This document shows positions 37,020-51,109 of a stretch of DNA of 64,000 bases, one piece after another. The notes below the pieces were generated by a model. The model saw only the letters and a program-made list of their open reading frames with translations. It did not search any database and was not told where the DNA came from. The stretch's first letter is position 1, and every line of letters starts with the position of its first letter. The DNA is from Octopus sinensis (taxonomy: Eukaryota): positions 17,732,001-17,796,000 of the forward strand of contig NC_043014.1 of NCBI RefSeq assembly GCF_006345805.1, in the 5' to 3' direction. The position numbers and the translations under genes were made by a program.

Positions 37020-38270
37020 GTAGTTAGGAAAATGAGCCTGGAGTATGAACTAAAGGAAAAATCTCAAATAATCAACCACTTCCTCTTCATGGATGATTTG
37101 AAACTGCATGGCAAGATGAAATACGAGTTCCTTGGTGAACATAGTCCACTCTTTTAGTACTGATATTAGAATAGAATTTGGACTCAAGAATTGCGGAATA
37201 ATCTACATAAAAAGAGGCAAACTGCAGCCCCTAGCAGGGATAAAATTACCGATTAGAGACTTGATTAAACAAATTGAAACAAGAATTCAACGAAATAATG
37301 GGAAAGGAAATGAACGAGTTACTGAGGATGGAGTATTTCCGAAAACTGAGGTTGGTGTTGCGCTCAAAACTGAGTTGATTGAATAAAATCCAAGCAGTTA
37401 ATAAGTGTGCGATAGCATCACTTCGATATGGAGCAGGAATTATAAAATAGCAAAAGAAAGAAATGACGAAAATGGATACCAAGACCAGAAAAATGTTGAT
37501 AGTACACGGAGCCTTCCACATTAAGAGTGACACTGATAGGCAGTACTTGTCCAGAAGAGAGAGTCGGAGAGGTTTGATCAGTTGCCAGGACAGTATCGAA
37601 GCAGAAGAAAACAGCCTAGTGTGGTATAAGTAATCAAAATTGAAAATTGTGTAACTCATATGCGCAGCTCAGGAACAAGCATTAAAGACCAACTATATGA
37701 AATGCAGAATAGACAACACTACCGATAACGACAAAACAGAATGTATGGCACATCTTTAGCGAATGACCGAGATTGGCACAACGCGAATACAAAAGGTGCC
37801 ATGACAATGTGGTAAGAATGATCTATTGGGAACTCTGTAGAAATCACGGCCTACAAAGAGCAAAAACGTGGTATGAGAAAACTCCAGAATAATTACAAAA
37901 TCTTGTGGGATGCAATAATCCAGTGCGATAACCCGACTAGAGATTGAAAACCGGACATTGTTGTGGTGAATAAAAAATAAAAAAACATTCATGATAATTG
38001 ACATAGCATGCCCCGGTGACAACAGGATCAATGTGAACGAAGAAGAAAAATAAACAACTATGACAATTTGACGTGGGAAATACGAAGGTTGTGGTCGATG
38101 AAGAAAGAAGACATGATACCAATAGTAATTGATACACTTGGAAGTATCAGCACTCACCTACCACATGGCTGAAAAAGATCGGTGCACTTGTGAAGGTCTT
38201 CATGATATAGGAGAACCTCCAGCCAGGGCCATCTGAGGAAACTCACAGATCCAGGATCACCCTGACCACT
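37020..38270 (+). mobile_element. R4/Dong-clade LINE fragment (RT C-terminal half plus RLE domain, internally deleted)
   Basis: INHFLFMDDLKL (RT catalytic motif), EFGLKNC, LRYGAGII, KSDTDRQYLSR..GL, PDIVVVN..IIDIACPGDNRI, EIRRLWSMKK..IPIVI. Confidence 0.85.
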
Positions 38271-38819
38271 AAGAGTACAAGCCCTCTCCCAAATGTTATT
38301 CTCCAATCTACAGACGCAGCTCATTCCTCGAGTAAGTCCATTCTTCCCATAAATCCCTATATACTCTGAAGCCACAACATCTAAGCAGTATTTGTCGAAA
38401 ATTATGTTAAAAGGTATCCATTTTTCTGGATGTCATGAGGCAACAAAATTGGGGGTGTGTACATCTGTAGTAATGCCCTTTTATTTATACGATATTTTCA
38501 TTTCATGTTTATTTCATTCATTGTTTGCAAAGTTCTCTCTCCTCCCACTCTCTATCTCACGCACATTGCAAATTTTACAGATGGGCTGCTGAATTGAAAT
38601 CTCTATGTTGATTTGAGGGGAAGGTAAAACTTGACAAACTGCTTCTTCCTCTGTTGTTGGACTACCGTGGTGTTTGCTTAAAAAAAGAGATTATGACTGT
38701 GATAAAATAATGAAAGAAATATTTACTAAGCGGAGGGCAGCCTTTCTGCTAGTATATAAAATGTATGCATGTATATAATCATATACACACATGCATACAT
38801 GTTTACATAACTACATATA

Positions 38820-40048
38820 CTGGGTCATCCCATAAATAAAAAATACTTCTTTTATTTTTCAAAATTAAGATAAAGTTCCATTTAAATCTAAAATATGCTC
38901 TTCCATCTATCTGGTAAACTTGCAAGGTCCCTCTTTCAAAATTCACTTGTCCGTGACAAAAAGTATTCTCCAGTACTGTTCTGACCTCGTCTACAGAATT
39001 CATATTTTTTCCGTCCAAATGATTTTGAAGACTGCAGAATAAATGATAATCAGATGGGGCAATGTCCGGGAAATATGGTGGGTGGGGAATCGTTTCCCAT
39101 TCAGACTGATCCAGCCTTTGGAATGTGATCCTCGTTGTATGTAACCGAGCATTATCCTGATGGCAGTATACCTTTCGTCTTCAAACCAAAATTGGTCGAT
39201 TTTCATCTAATGTTGACTTAAGCCGCTCAAGCTGCTCACTGTAGATCTCCAGTGTTATCGTTTGGTTTGGGTTTAAATATTCAAAGTGGACTAAACCTTT
39301 CATATCCCACCAAACAGATAACAGCATCTTACGTGAGTGAAGACCTTCTTTAGCCTGGGTTGCCGGTGTTTCTCCTTTCCCTACCCACTGTCTTTGACGC
39401 TTCACAATTTTATAGAGAACCCATTTCTCGTTACCAGTCTCTGTTCGGTCCAAAAAAGGTTCATTAGTGAAGCGTGACAGCAAAGAAGAGCACACGTTCA
39501 TTCTCTGAGTGCGATTAGACACGAAAAGTTTGTGAGGAACCCTTTGACTCAATTTCCAGGTGTCCGTGTTGAAAGACCAAATCCAAGCTTCTCTGCTAGT
39601 TCCTCAATAGTTACGATGGGATTTTGTTCTATCAGGGTTTGCAGTACGTCCTCGTCGAGCTCTACAGATCTTCCAGGACGAGGCTCGTCTTCGAGGCTTA
39701 AGTTTCCGGCTCAGAATTTTTGAAACCACCGTCAACACTGATTTACGCTTATTGTTCGATCGCTATACACTACGTTAATATTTCTCGCATTTTCCGTTGC
39801 GTTGTTGCCTTTATTGAACTCATAAAGTAAAATATGCCGAATATGCTCCTTTGTCACTTCTATTATAGCTTTGAAAAAAATAGTTGTTAAAATCGAACTG
39901 CACTTTTCTAAACTTGAACTAAGAATAAGGCCCAGGTAAAATTACTACCTGCTTTTATAGCAAGTTGATGCAGGTACTTTATCCTGTCCCTCACTGACTT
40001 TTAGTTCATGCAATTGAAAAAAACCGCATCATTTATGGGATGACCCAA
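38820..40048 (-). mobile_element. Full-length (~1.23 kb) inactive mariner element
   Basis: TA-flanked TIRs (C/T)TGGGTCATCCCATAAAT at both ends. Transposase EVTKEHIRHILLYEFNKG..SLEDEPRPGR..TGNEKWVLY..KMLLSVWWDMKG, with stops and frameshifts; the start codon is mutated to ATA. Confidence 0.9.
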
Positions 40049-40639
40049 TATAAGCACAACATATATACATACCTACAACAGCATGTTACGAAAACAGTTT
40101 CTAGAGCGTATGGAGTTATACAAATACAATTACATAAACAAGAGAGAAGGGATGAAGCAAGATGTTTATACAGGGACATAAGGACATTAAATATTTGCTA
40201 TAAATAAATACATAGAATAAATACACACACACGTAAGAAAAACTAAACTAAGGAAAACAAGTAAAATGTATATATAATGAATATATATATTTATAATGCA
40301 TGTATATTAGAACGTAATTGTTAACTTGACTACTTTGCTATTATTTTAATCTTTCAGCCCCAAAAGCAGTCTTTGGATGTTATCTCGGTAACAATAATTT
40401 CTATCTAGGCAATTAGAATGTTCTAATAAGAATAAGAAAAGCAATGTTGTATGGTTTAATACTCCATTTTCGTTGAGCATGAAACCTAATACAGATAAAA
40501 AGTTTGTCAACACCATAGTTAAACTTTATCTATATCCGCCTTTTTTGTTTTTTAACTTAATGAAAAACCTTGGTACTTTTAACAGAGACGCAATCTATGT
40601 AATTTTCGGATAATTGGGCTATTCATCAATTTTGTAAAC

Positions 40640-41105
40640 ATATTTAAAGGACTACATTGTGACAGGAAAGCACAAGTCACACTCAAATGGTTACTCTCTA
40701 ATGATATTGTGGTAGAAAATCGAGTTAAATTGGGCGATGTCCTAGTTCCTGCTTTGTTCTCTGTAATTTTACTGCATTTCTTACTTAAGCTTTTCTTCGA
40801 TAAAATGTGTTCATAAAATTGATATCCATCTGCAATTTAGAATAACAGAATAAGGGTTGATTCAGCTGCAAGATTTAGACATTTAAAACTTTGGTTAAAG
40901 AACTGCTTTTATAGATAATGCTGATTTTGTTGCTCCTACTGAAAATAACATGCAGCTCACAATGGCCTGATTCTCAGCTGCACGTATTGTTTTTGGTCTC
41001 ACAATAAGCTTAGAGAATTAAATGGTAATATTGGCAATAACGTCAACTGAAAAATTTTCGTAAATGGCAAAAAATTGAAGGCTCTGGACATATTTTTATA
41101 TCTCG
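40640..41105 (+). mobile_element. RTE-clade (BovB-like) reverse transcriptase fragment
   Basis: ..VKLGDVLVPALFS.., DNADFVAPTENNMQL..FSAARIVFGLTISLE and NGKKLKALDIFLYL correspond to the RTE 'QG.VLAP.LF', 'FADD' and 'FGLTIS' regions. Confidence 0.7.
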
Positions 41106-41107
41106 TT

Positions 41108-42260
41108 GAAAACCATGAGAGACGTAAGAAGATTCATTCTTTTATGAAGGAGAGCAAAAAATTTGCTAGTGAGTTCACGCATAATACTCAGGTTGAACAG
41201 CATGATGGAAGTGCAGCAACTGTAGTTGCAAAGAAGGTAAAATCAGTAGGAAAGCAAAATGTGTCCGAACAATTGGCTGATACGTGGGAACAAAAACCTC
41301 TGCATGGCAAATATGTGACCTGTAGGAAACAAGCTGATGTAGCCCAGAAGCGCACCCACCAGTGGTTATGGAGCTCAGGGCTAAAGGCAGAAAGTGAAAG
41401 CTTTATCTTGACTGCTCAAGATCAGAGCTTATTGACCCGGAACTATCAAGCCAATGTGATCAAAAAAGGGAGCAGACCCAAAGTGCTGATACTGCAACGA
41501 TGGAATTGAAACAGTAGATCGCTTAATCTCTGGGCATAAGGTTTTAGCACATGTAGAGTACAAATCAAGGCATGGCAGAGTTGGCCAATATGTACATTGG
41601 ATATTGTGTCGGTATTATAAAATCTAAACTGGTGACAAATGGTACAAGTACCACCCTGAGGTTGTAACTAAGGGAGAAAATGTAACCATTCTTTGGGACT
41701 TTCCTGTAGACCTGACCATCAAAACAAATAAACTAGATATTGTTATGAAAGATCAAAACAATAAAGTCTGTTTATTGATTGACATGAGCATACCCTGTGA
41801 CCATAATATCTCGGCAAAAGAATTTGATAAACTCAGAAAATATAAAGATTTGCTAATCGAAATCGAAAAGATGTGGCATCTCAAGATGGTTACAATACCT
41901 GGGATTGTAGGAGCACTTGGAATGATAAAAAAAGAAGCTGAAAATTATTTAAGAATGATCCCTAGCTTACCATCCATGCAGAAAGTGCAGAAGATTGTCT
42001 TAACTGGTACGTCACACGTTTGAGAAGAACATTATCGCTGTGAACTTTCTTTCCTTTTTTCCCTTTATTTTTTTTGTTTACATTTTTTTCCTTTTTCTCT
42101 CTGTCATTCTTCCCCCTGTTTTCCATCATATGACTTTGTAAATGAACAATCTGGGGTGTTTATTTTAATGCCCTACCGATGCATACAGTGCGTTTCTCTG
42201 CCTTAGGAGTCAGGAAGACACTCGGCAAGAAATGGAAACAGAATTGAAAGATGATAATGA
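41108..42260 (+). mobile_element. R4/Dong-clade LINE 3' end with 3' UTR
   Basis: WEQKPLHGKY, GLKAESESFILTAQDQSL, LLIDMSIPCDHNISAKEFDKLRKY, EIEKMW..TIPGIVGALGMIKK. The 3' UTR ends 'ggaagacactcggcaagaaatgg' before AAT-rich repeats. Confidence 0.88.
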
Positions 42261-42332
42261 AAATAAGGATAATAATATAAACAACACCAGCAACAACAAC
42301 AGTAATATGAATATCTTTATTAATAATAATAT

Positions 42333-42446
42333 AATGGAAAAACTATCCAAATATAAAGTCCTGGAAATAGAAATATCCAGAATGTGGGGATTGCAAACTG
42401 GAACAATCCCAAACAACAAAAGATGCCTTGGGAATGATAAAAGGAG
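42333..42446 (+). mobile_element. Very short R4/Dong 3' fragment
   Basis: [25 protein letters not shown], the RLE C-terminal motif. Confidence 0.65.
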
Positions 42447-42627
42447 AGGCAGGCATATACATACATACATACATACATACATACATACATACATACATAC
42501 TACATACATACATGCACACATACATACAAACATGCAGGCATGCTTACATATACACTCATACATACGGACACACACACACGCGCATATATATATATGTATG
42601 TATGTGTGTGTTTATATATATATGTGC

Positions 42628-42685
<58 letters not shown>

Positions 42686-42692
42686 AAATATA

Positions 42693-42728
<36 letters not shown>

Positions 42729-43672
42729 TGTATGTATGTATGTATGTGTGTGTGTGTGTATAGTTCTAGTAACACTAAAATATACCCAAAACAAAATAAT
42801 GTACATACCCACAGTATACACATACATACAATTCAGTCTTCTAGTGAAAGTGGACAATAACAAGAAGTCTGTTGAAATGTTAATAATGGCTTCAACAGTT
42901 TTCGGAGTGCGTCGATGAAACTGACCCCAGTATTCCAATGGTTCTTAATTTATCGGCCTTGAAAAAACGAAAGGCGAAGTCAACATTCGTGGAATTTGAA
43001 TTCAGAACGAGAAGAATCGGATGAAACGTCGTCGATGGTTTTGTCTGACATTCTAATTATTTTGTCAGCTCGCCACCTAAGTAATTATTATGAATTCAAA
43101 TTTGAGAAAGAGAGGGTTGAGTCAGTTATGTCGACTCCAGTACATAACTGGTACAACTTTTATTGACTCCGAAAATGAATGGCAATATGGACTTCGGCGG
43201 TATTTGAATATGAAGAGTAGGAAGAAATGACACTGAGAATTGTTCGACGCGTAAACGATTCTGTTAGCCGCCGCATTTTCCAATATAGGCGCAATATCTG
43301 AAATCTTATGGGGAGGGGTTAGCCCATTAAATGAACCTTAGTACTTGACTGGAACTTTGTTTTATGAAGCCCAAAAGGACGAAAGGCAGAGTCGACCTCT
43401 TAGGGTTGTCCGCCACTCTGACAATTCGACTACTTCACCCCTTATTAAGCGGTTCCAAGTCATTGTACTCAATAAAGGTTTCAAATTTTGGCAAGGCCAA
43501 CAGCTTTAGAAGAAGTGGTCTGTCGATTATATCGATCCCACCACTTCACTGGCACTTTATTTCATCACTCTTGAAAGAACGAAGACCAGAATTGATCTCT
43601 TGAAGATTTGAACTCAGAAAAGAATGACCCGGAAGAAATGCTGCTAAACATTTTCTCCGACACGCAATGATT

Positions 43673-43724
<52 letters not shown>

Positions 43725-44124
43725 AACTACTACTACTACTACTACAACTACTACTACTACTACTTTCTATTATAAGCACAAGGCCTAGAATTTGGGGAAG
43801 GGGGAAAATCGATCACATCGACCCTAATACTTGACTGGTATTTAATTTGTCGACCCCCGAAGAATGAAAAGGAAAGTCGACATCGACGGAATTTGAAAAT
43901 AATTATAACAATGATTTCAAATGTTTGCCACAAAGGTAGCTTAGGGTAGGGAATTAAGTCGATTACATCGATCCCCAGTGTTTCCCTGGTACTTAATTTT
44001 ATCGACCACGAAAGGGTGAAAGGCAAATTCAACCTCGGCAAAATTTGAACTCAGAACGTAGCGACGGGCGAAATGCCGCTAAGTATTCCGTCCACCGTGT
44101 TAATGATTCTGTCAGCTCGCCGCC

Positions 44125-44156
<32 letters not shown>

Positions 44157-44395
44157 CATAATAATAATGACAATAATGATAATAATGACGACGACGATGA
44201 TGATGATGACGAGGATGGGGATGTTGACGGTGAGAATAATAATGACTTGGATTCAATTAATCATCTCCTCGAAAACAAAAAAACAAAAAGTTGGAGGTTG
44301 AAATTGAAAAATAATAGTAGCAGGATACCACAAGAGACTTCTGTCCACAAGCACTAGGTCATACAACCCCTTCTCTCTCACGCAAAATCTCACGT

Positions 44396-44426
<31 letters not shown>

Positions 44427-44446
44427 CATATACATATATATATAAC

Positions 44447-44660
44447 GGGAAGCTTTATGAAAATAAACAAAAGACGAAGGCAGGTGGAAAACAAACGAAC
44501 AATTGTATTAGTATGGCGCTCAGGAAATATAAATAAAACAAGTCTTTAACGTTTCGAGCTTACGCTCTTCAACAGAAAGATACACAGAGAGAGAAAAACA
44601 CAGAAAGAAGGAGAGAAAAAAAATGCGTGCAGTAGCTAACGAATCAACATGGCGATCTCT
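44447..44660 (-). ncRNA. ~200-bp PLE-type repeat carrying a minimal type-I hammerhead-like motif (44543-44580)
   Basis: TCTTT-CTGTTGAAG-AGC-GTAA-GCT-C-GAAAC-GT-T-AAAGA: stem I, stem II and palindromic AACGTT stem III are all present. The core has T at the position of A6. Confidence 0.55.
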
Positions 44661-44776
44661 GTACATATATATATACATATATATACATATATACATATAT
44701 ATATACATGCATATATGTATAAATATATATATACATATACATATATATATACATATACATACACACATACACGCAC

Positions 44777-44821
<45 letters not shown>

Positions 44822-44832
44822 AATATATACTC

Positions 44833-45389
44833 ATTAATCAATGAAATTCCTACTTAGTCTGATTTTCACGTTCTATTATTTGTAATTTTTACGATTTTAC
44901 AATCTTTTCAATTTTCCAATACTGATATAAACTAGTACTTTCATGCGTTACGCAATCGTCAAGTTTATGTAGTGACTGTCGTGTTCCACAAGCGATAACT
45001 GTAGCAAAATGGTCGGATTTATCCCTCACATACCTTCCAATGGGATCCAACATGCTGAATCTTACGAACTGTATTTTGACCAATCAGCATGTGGCTCAGA
45101 CTGGTTGAGCGCGCCAACTACGTTGTAACTGCACTTCGAACAATCAGTATGTGGCTTAGACGTCACGGTTTGATGGGCACGTGAAGGATTCTTTACTTTG
45201 ACCGCACTTAAAAGGAATAATTGTTTGGTTATATTTCGGAATGTAGTGAACAACATTCCTGTTTTCATTGAATTCTATTGTCACTGGAGAAATTTTTACA
45301 TTTCATTTGGGTCAGTGTTCATTTGATCAACATAAATAATAAATAATAAAATGGGAAAATCAGACAAAGTTGGAATTTCATTGATTAAT
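44833..45389. mobile_element. Non-autonomous TIR element (35-bp imperfect TIRs)
   Basis: ATTAATCAATGAAATTCCTACTTAGTCTGATTTTC pairs with GAAAATCAGACAAAGTTGGAATTTCATTGATTAAT. TTAA is present at both termini; no ORF. Confidence 0.75.
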
Positions 45390-45418
45390 ATATTGTTCTA
45401 CACACAATCATACAAACT

Positions 45419-45459
<41 letters not shown>

Positions 45460-45471
45460 TATATATATATA

Positions 45472-45543
<72 letters not shown>

Positions 45544-45764
45544 TGTATAGCGTTAAAACTCAGTATACGTATGCTTCAAAGTAAAGCGTTAGTTGAGTAC
45601 AGAGCGTAATATCTAATTGAATAAATGACAAAGGAATGGGAAACTTTACAACGAACTTCATTAACTTATAACTCGAAGAAGCTATAAAATGATGCACAGG
45701 CACCCAGCTCTATGCGCTGTTGAAGTTTATTGTATAATTTCCTGTTCTTTTGTAACTCTTAAAC

Positions 45765-45854
<90 letters not shown>

Positions 45855-45867
45855 CACACATACACAA

Positions 45868-45919
<52 letters not shown>

Positions 45920-46025
45920 TATGCAGACCTACTCGCATAGGCACACACATATACTATCTGTAAGCATTCGCACACTTATGCACTTAGCAACGTAGGTGTA
46001 CACGAACATATATCTATATGCATAA

Positions 46026-46173
<148 letters not shown>

Positions 46174-46569
46174 CCGACAGACATATAATTTGATATATAT
46201 ACACATATATACCACAACATATTTATACATACAGACAAATTCGCATCTATATCCCTGCATATTTGAAGAAAATATCAAAATGGCGCGTGTATGTCTGCAA
46301 TGTAAGTAAAAAGTATGTATTGAAAATCTTTAAAATATAAAAAAGAGAAAGGAGGAACAAGAACAGTTGCATTTCCAATATAATTTATGAATATATGAGG
46401 TATTAATAGTAATAGTAGTTGTATGCAATCGCTGCGCTATCAGTGTTGCGTCTTCATTCATAAAAAAAAGGACAAAATCAAATTTATGTTTGGTTTACGT
46501 ACAAAACTTAGGTGAAATGGAACCAAATTCTTTGTATGCTATATACATAATAAAGTTGTTTATATCTAC

Positions 46570-46631
<62 letters not shown>

Positions 46632-46753
46632 GTATATATATATACATATATATATATGTATATATATATACATATTATATGTATATATATACATATATAT
46701 ATTTATATGTATATATATATACATATATATTCATATGTATATATATACATATA

Positions 46754-46792
<39 letters not shown>

Positions 46793-46795
46793 TAG

Positions 46796-46827
<32 letters not shown>

Positions 46828-47134
46828 TAATATACATACATACATTTATATATATATATGTGTGTGTGTGTATGTTTGTGTGTGTTGAATTATATAAATA
46901 TGTTTGTATATCTATTGGTATACACTTCTGACATTTGTTTTTTCTTCTGTATTTTTGAAAGCTGCAGTCTACTTCCACGTTAAGTATAGGAATCGAACCA
47001 AGCACGTTCTGCTAACCAGAGCAAGTGTGCTGATCATTAAACTACAAAAACATTGTACATCAATTTAAATCCTTTATATACATTAGAAGTCTTCATCTGT
47101 AAATGTGTGTATATGTATGTGTGTGTGTGGGTGT

Positions 47135-47188
<54 letters not shown>

Positions 47189-47363
47189 GAAAGAAAGAGA
47201 GAGTGAGAAAGAAAGAAAAAGAGAAAGAGAGGGTGTGTGTGGTGTGTGTGACTGTGTGAGAGCGTGTGCATGCGTGTTTGTATTTGTATATATAAATATA
47301 TATTATATATGACTATAAATATACATGGACATATACACACGCGTATACATTTTTATATCTACA

Positions 47364-47405
<42 letters not shown>

Positions 47406-47696
47406 ATGAATCATATACGTGCTTGTGTATGAAGTAATTATATATGTTTTGTACACGCACATATATACATATGTAACGAAGTTATTATTTTAATATTTTA
47501 TTTATATAAATAGTTGCGTTGCGATTTTTGCAAAATCCATTAATATCCAGGTATGTTTTAGAAAATAAAGTGTTTTTGCTTGTATATGCATATGAAGAAA
47601 TGTTTGTGGTTTTGGCATATTTGACAGAATTAATTTACATTTAAATTCTTCATACAGTTTCTCATATAATATTTTTTGTTTGATTGGTTTTGCTCT

Positions 47697-48620
47697 TCAA
47701 TTTTGTACAGCTGGTGCTATAAATCCAGGGAATGAAAGAACACAAATAAAACACATTATAATCAACATTTGCCAATGATCTCTTGTGGATGACATTCCAC
47801 GACTCTTTGTTAAGAGAGCTACAACTGTCATCATGCTCGCTATTAAAAGAGAGTTAACTGTTTTTTGCCTGGTAGCCATACTAGTAGAGTACAGCGATCT
47901 TGTACCGCTTAACTGGATCAAGGGCTTAGCTTGGGCTATATTTTGTTTAATATGTCGGACTGTCAAAGATGAAGATCCTGATTTTCGTTTGATATTTTCT
48001 TTGGTGCAACTTTGAAGTGGTGGTTGAAAAGACGTTGGATACGAATGGCTTCTTGGTCCGCTATACATAACTCTCTTTCCCATGTACAAATAACGTTCTT
48101 TATTCACATCGGTAACCATCTTAATAGTTTCCAGTACAACATTTGGTAGTCTGATATCCATAGGTCTGCAACCGTGTGTAGAAGTCACATCTTGTGTTAT
48201 TCCAATTCGCCATGATCCAGGAACACCACAACCCGAACCATTGTAAAAATTTAAATTTTCGCTGATACTGTAGTGTTCCGGTGTAATTTTTAACCTTTGC
48301 ACTGTGAATTTATAATGTTTCGTTCCGCCAATCACCGCTGTTGTACCCATTATTTCTGAATACTTACCCTCGGCATCTAATGTGAAGCTTGGTTGACGGC
48401 ATCGAGGGTCTCGAAAGTAATTATATGTACCACTCCAGTTATTACCACCCTCATAAAATGTCAGCCTGCGTGTGATGAACATTCCTAGCGGTCGGGTTTC
48501 GCATCGTACACTAACCCAATGTCCAATTGTGGAAATTGGAGTGAAAGGACTTTTGGGTAAAATGGGAGGATGATACAGGTCCGAGTTACTGATTTGGTGG
48601 CAGATTTTACACGTACGATC
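47697..48620 (-). CDS. APCDD1: APCDD1-like protein, terminal coding exon (second APCDD1 repeat plus hydrophobic tail)
   Basis: Acceptor ttttcAG|GAT. Encodes CKIC..SDLYHPPILP..GHWVSVRCETRP..TRRLTF..WSGTYNYFRDPRCRQPSFT..GGT..F.V..LKITP..CG..GSW.IG..QDVT.THGC..IRLP..YPTSFQPPLQSC, collinear with the vertebrate APCDD1 C-terminal repeat. Ends at TGA. No upstream APCDD1 exon was recognised up to 64000. Confidence 0.92.
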   Translation of the reverse strand, partial: DRTCKICHQISNSDLYHPPILPKSPFTPISTIGHWVSVRCETRPLGMFITRRLTFYEGGNNWSGTYNYFRDPRCRQPSFTLDAEGKYSEIMGTTAVIGGTKHYKFTVQRLKITPEHYSISENLNFYNGSGCGVPGSWRIGITQDVTSTHGCRPMDIRLPNVVLETIKMVTDVNKERYLYMGKRVMYSGPRSHSYPTSFQPPLQSCTKENIKRKSGSSSLTVRHIKQNIAQAKPLIQLSGTRSLYSTSMATRQKTVNSLLIASMMTVVALLTKSRGMSSTRDHWQMLIIMCFICVLSFPGFIAPAVQN

Positions 48621-50111
48621 CTGAAAAAAAATAAAAGAAAAAAGAATCAATCGACAATCGCTTTATTTTGTCAAAATGGTTAGAGAATATGTAATAATTA
48701 TATAACATACTAGTGTGCCCGTACCATCAGAAATGACGACATGAAAATGATACGGAAAATAAAATTAAAATTAAGAGATTTACAACCTTTATCTTAGTAA
48801 TTGCTTCAACACCACGTTTCTAGTGAAACCCCTACCACCAAATGATGATTCATAAAATGTAAGCAAACATTTCACCTGTGAAATGATTGTTCTGTGTGTC
48901 CGCTAACCCTATTTTATAGGGAAGCCCTGCAGGCATGTATAATATAGTAGGATGTGCCAGGTATGATAGTATTAACAGTTTTTAACTAACTTTTATTTTC
49001 AATGATAATCCTGTTAATATTTATTTCAAGAAGAACCTTTCCCAAGGTCTTATGTTGGAATAAAGAATACATATTTAATTCTTAACTTTCTACTTAAATA
49101 CATATATATGTATATGCGTGTGCATAAATATCTGTGTGTGTGTGTATGTGTAAATACATGTTGACAAAAGTATATATAAACACTCCCAAACTGCGTTCGT
49201 ATCTCTCACTTCAACTCCTCAATGACGTGTGAACACGACGCTCTCTTTACCACTTCCTCTTTTTCATTTCTATTACTTTCTCTCACTCCCTCTCAGTCAT
49301 GGCTATTACTCTCACTACTTCTCCTTCACTGAATTACTATTTTCTCTCCTCTCCTTTCACTTATACTACTCTTTCTCTCACTCCCTCCTACTGCATGATT
49401 TCGGACAAATTTATAAAAAAACACTACACTCATTATTATATTAGATTATATAAACTGAACACATGAATATTGTAAACATGGAAATAACACGCACACACGC
49501 ACACACAAACACATACGCGCGCGCACACACATACACTGTATGACTTGTTTGGCAAGTGTATTATATCAAAGTCTCAGGATTGACCCATATCTTGTAAATA
49601 AAACTGGGATGACAGAAACTGTTTGGAAGCCTGTCTGCTGGAATGTACTCCTGATTCAAAGATCTAGCGTTGCTTCGATGCTGCTGCCCTGAATATTACA
49701 TTCAGAGAAGCACATGTAGAATACTTTGCTATTTATACGCTAATTCGAGGTGGATGTAATTCACTTGATCGGACAACTAAATCCATATTGTCGAAATCAA
49801 CAGAGATACAATTGCTTTATACTATATACATGCATGAATGCATACAACAATACATACATATATGTGTATGAATTTAGTTTTGTGTGTGTGTGTTGCGCGC
49901 GCAGAATATGTCAGCTGTTGCATATGCCAAAGTATCTTTTATTTAGGACTGTAGGGGTAGATCTGGTTACTATTTCCAGCAAGTTGATTACTCATTTTTA
50001 GAAGTATTTCACATACGTGTGATTTTTGCTCATTGTCGCTATATTGTAGAATTTTCTTTCTTTCTTTCTTCTTTATATGTGTACATACAATCATACATAT
50101 GTGTTTTTTGC

Positions 50112-50162
<51 letters not shown>

Positions 50163-50351
50163 GCATATATATAGGTGTGTGCATATATATATATATATAT
50201 GGGCTCCTTTCAGTTTCCGTCTATCAAATTCACTCTCAAGGCTTTGGTCGGCCGGAGCCTATAGCAGAAATTTGCCCGAGGTGCAACGCAGTGGAACTGA
50301 ACCCGGAACAATGTTGTTGGGAAGCAAACTTCTTACACAGCCACTTTTGCA

Positions 50352-50443
<92 letters not shown>

Positions 50444-51109
50444 TGTGCGTCTGTCTGTCTGTCTGTCTGTCTGTCTGTATGTGTCTTTGTATATTGATGC
50501 AAACAGGAAAAACAGAACTCAAAATATGAATATATATAATATTTTTATAAATATTTATCAGAAGTAACAGATTGACTCAAGGTCCGAGAGTTTCAAATGC
50601 CAATGTACGAAACTCTCTGACCATAAGTTACTCTGCTACTTCTGATAAATATTATATATGTGTGTGTGTGTGTGTGCGTGTGTATGTGTATACGTGTATT
50701 TGTGTGCGTGTGTGTGTGTGTGTGTGTGTTTATGTGTGTGTGTGTGTGTTTGTGTGTGTTATATGCACAGCTCAGCGTGAATCCCAAGAATTGCAATAAA
50801 TTTAAATTAATAGTCGTGGGTGAAATAAGAATGTAAATATTTTTCTAGGCTTTTGATGTACAGACAGAAAGTGTGGGTCATCACTGAACGGACAGTTCAC
50901 AGTTTGTTGACTGTTCTTCAGTGACAATATACCCAGTTTCCTTGCCCGATCATTAATACAGATCAGGCTATTACATAAAGCAATCATAAATTAGACTAAC
51001 GTCGCGCATAACTTAATTTACATGACTGTGCTTTGACAGTCTGTCATTTTACGCACAACACAATGTGATTAGAAGAAGTGAAATACATTTAAGTTGTAGT
51101 AACTGAAAA

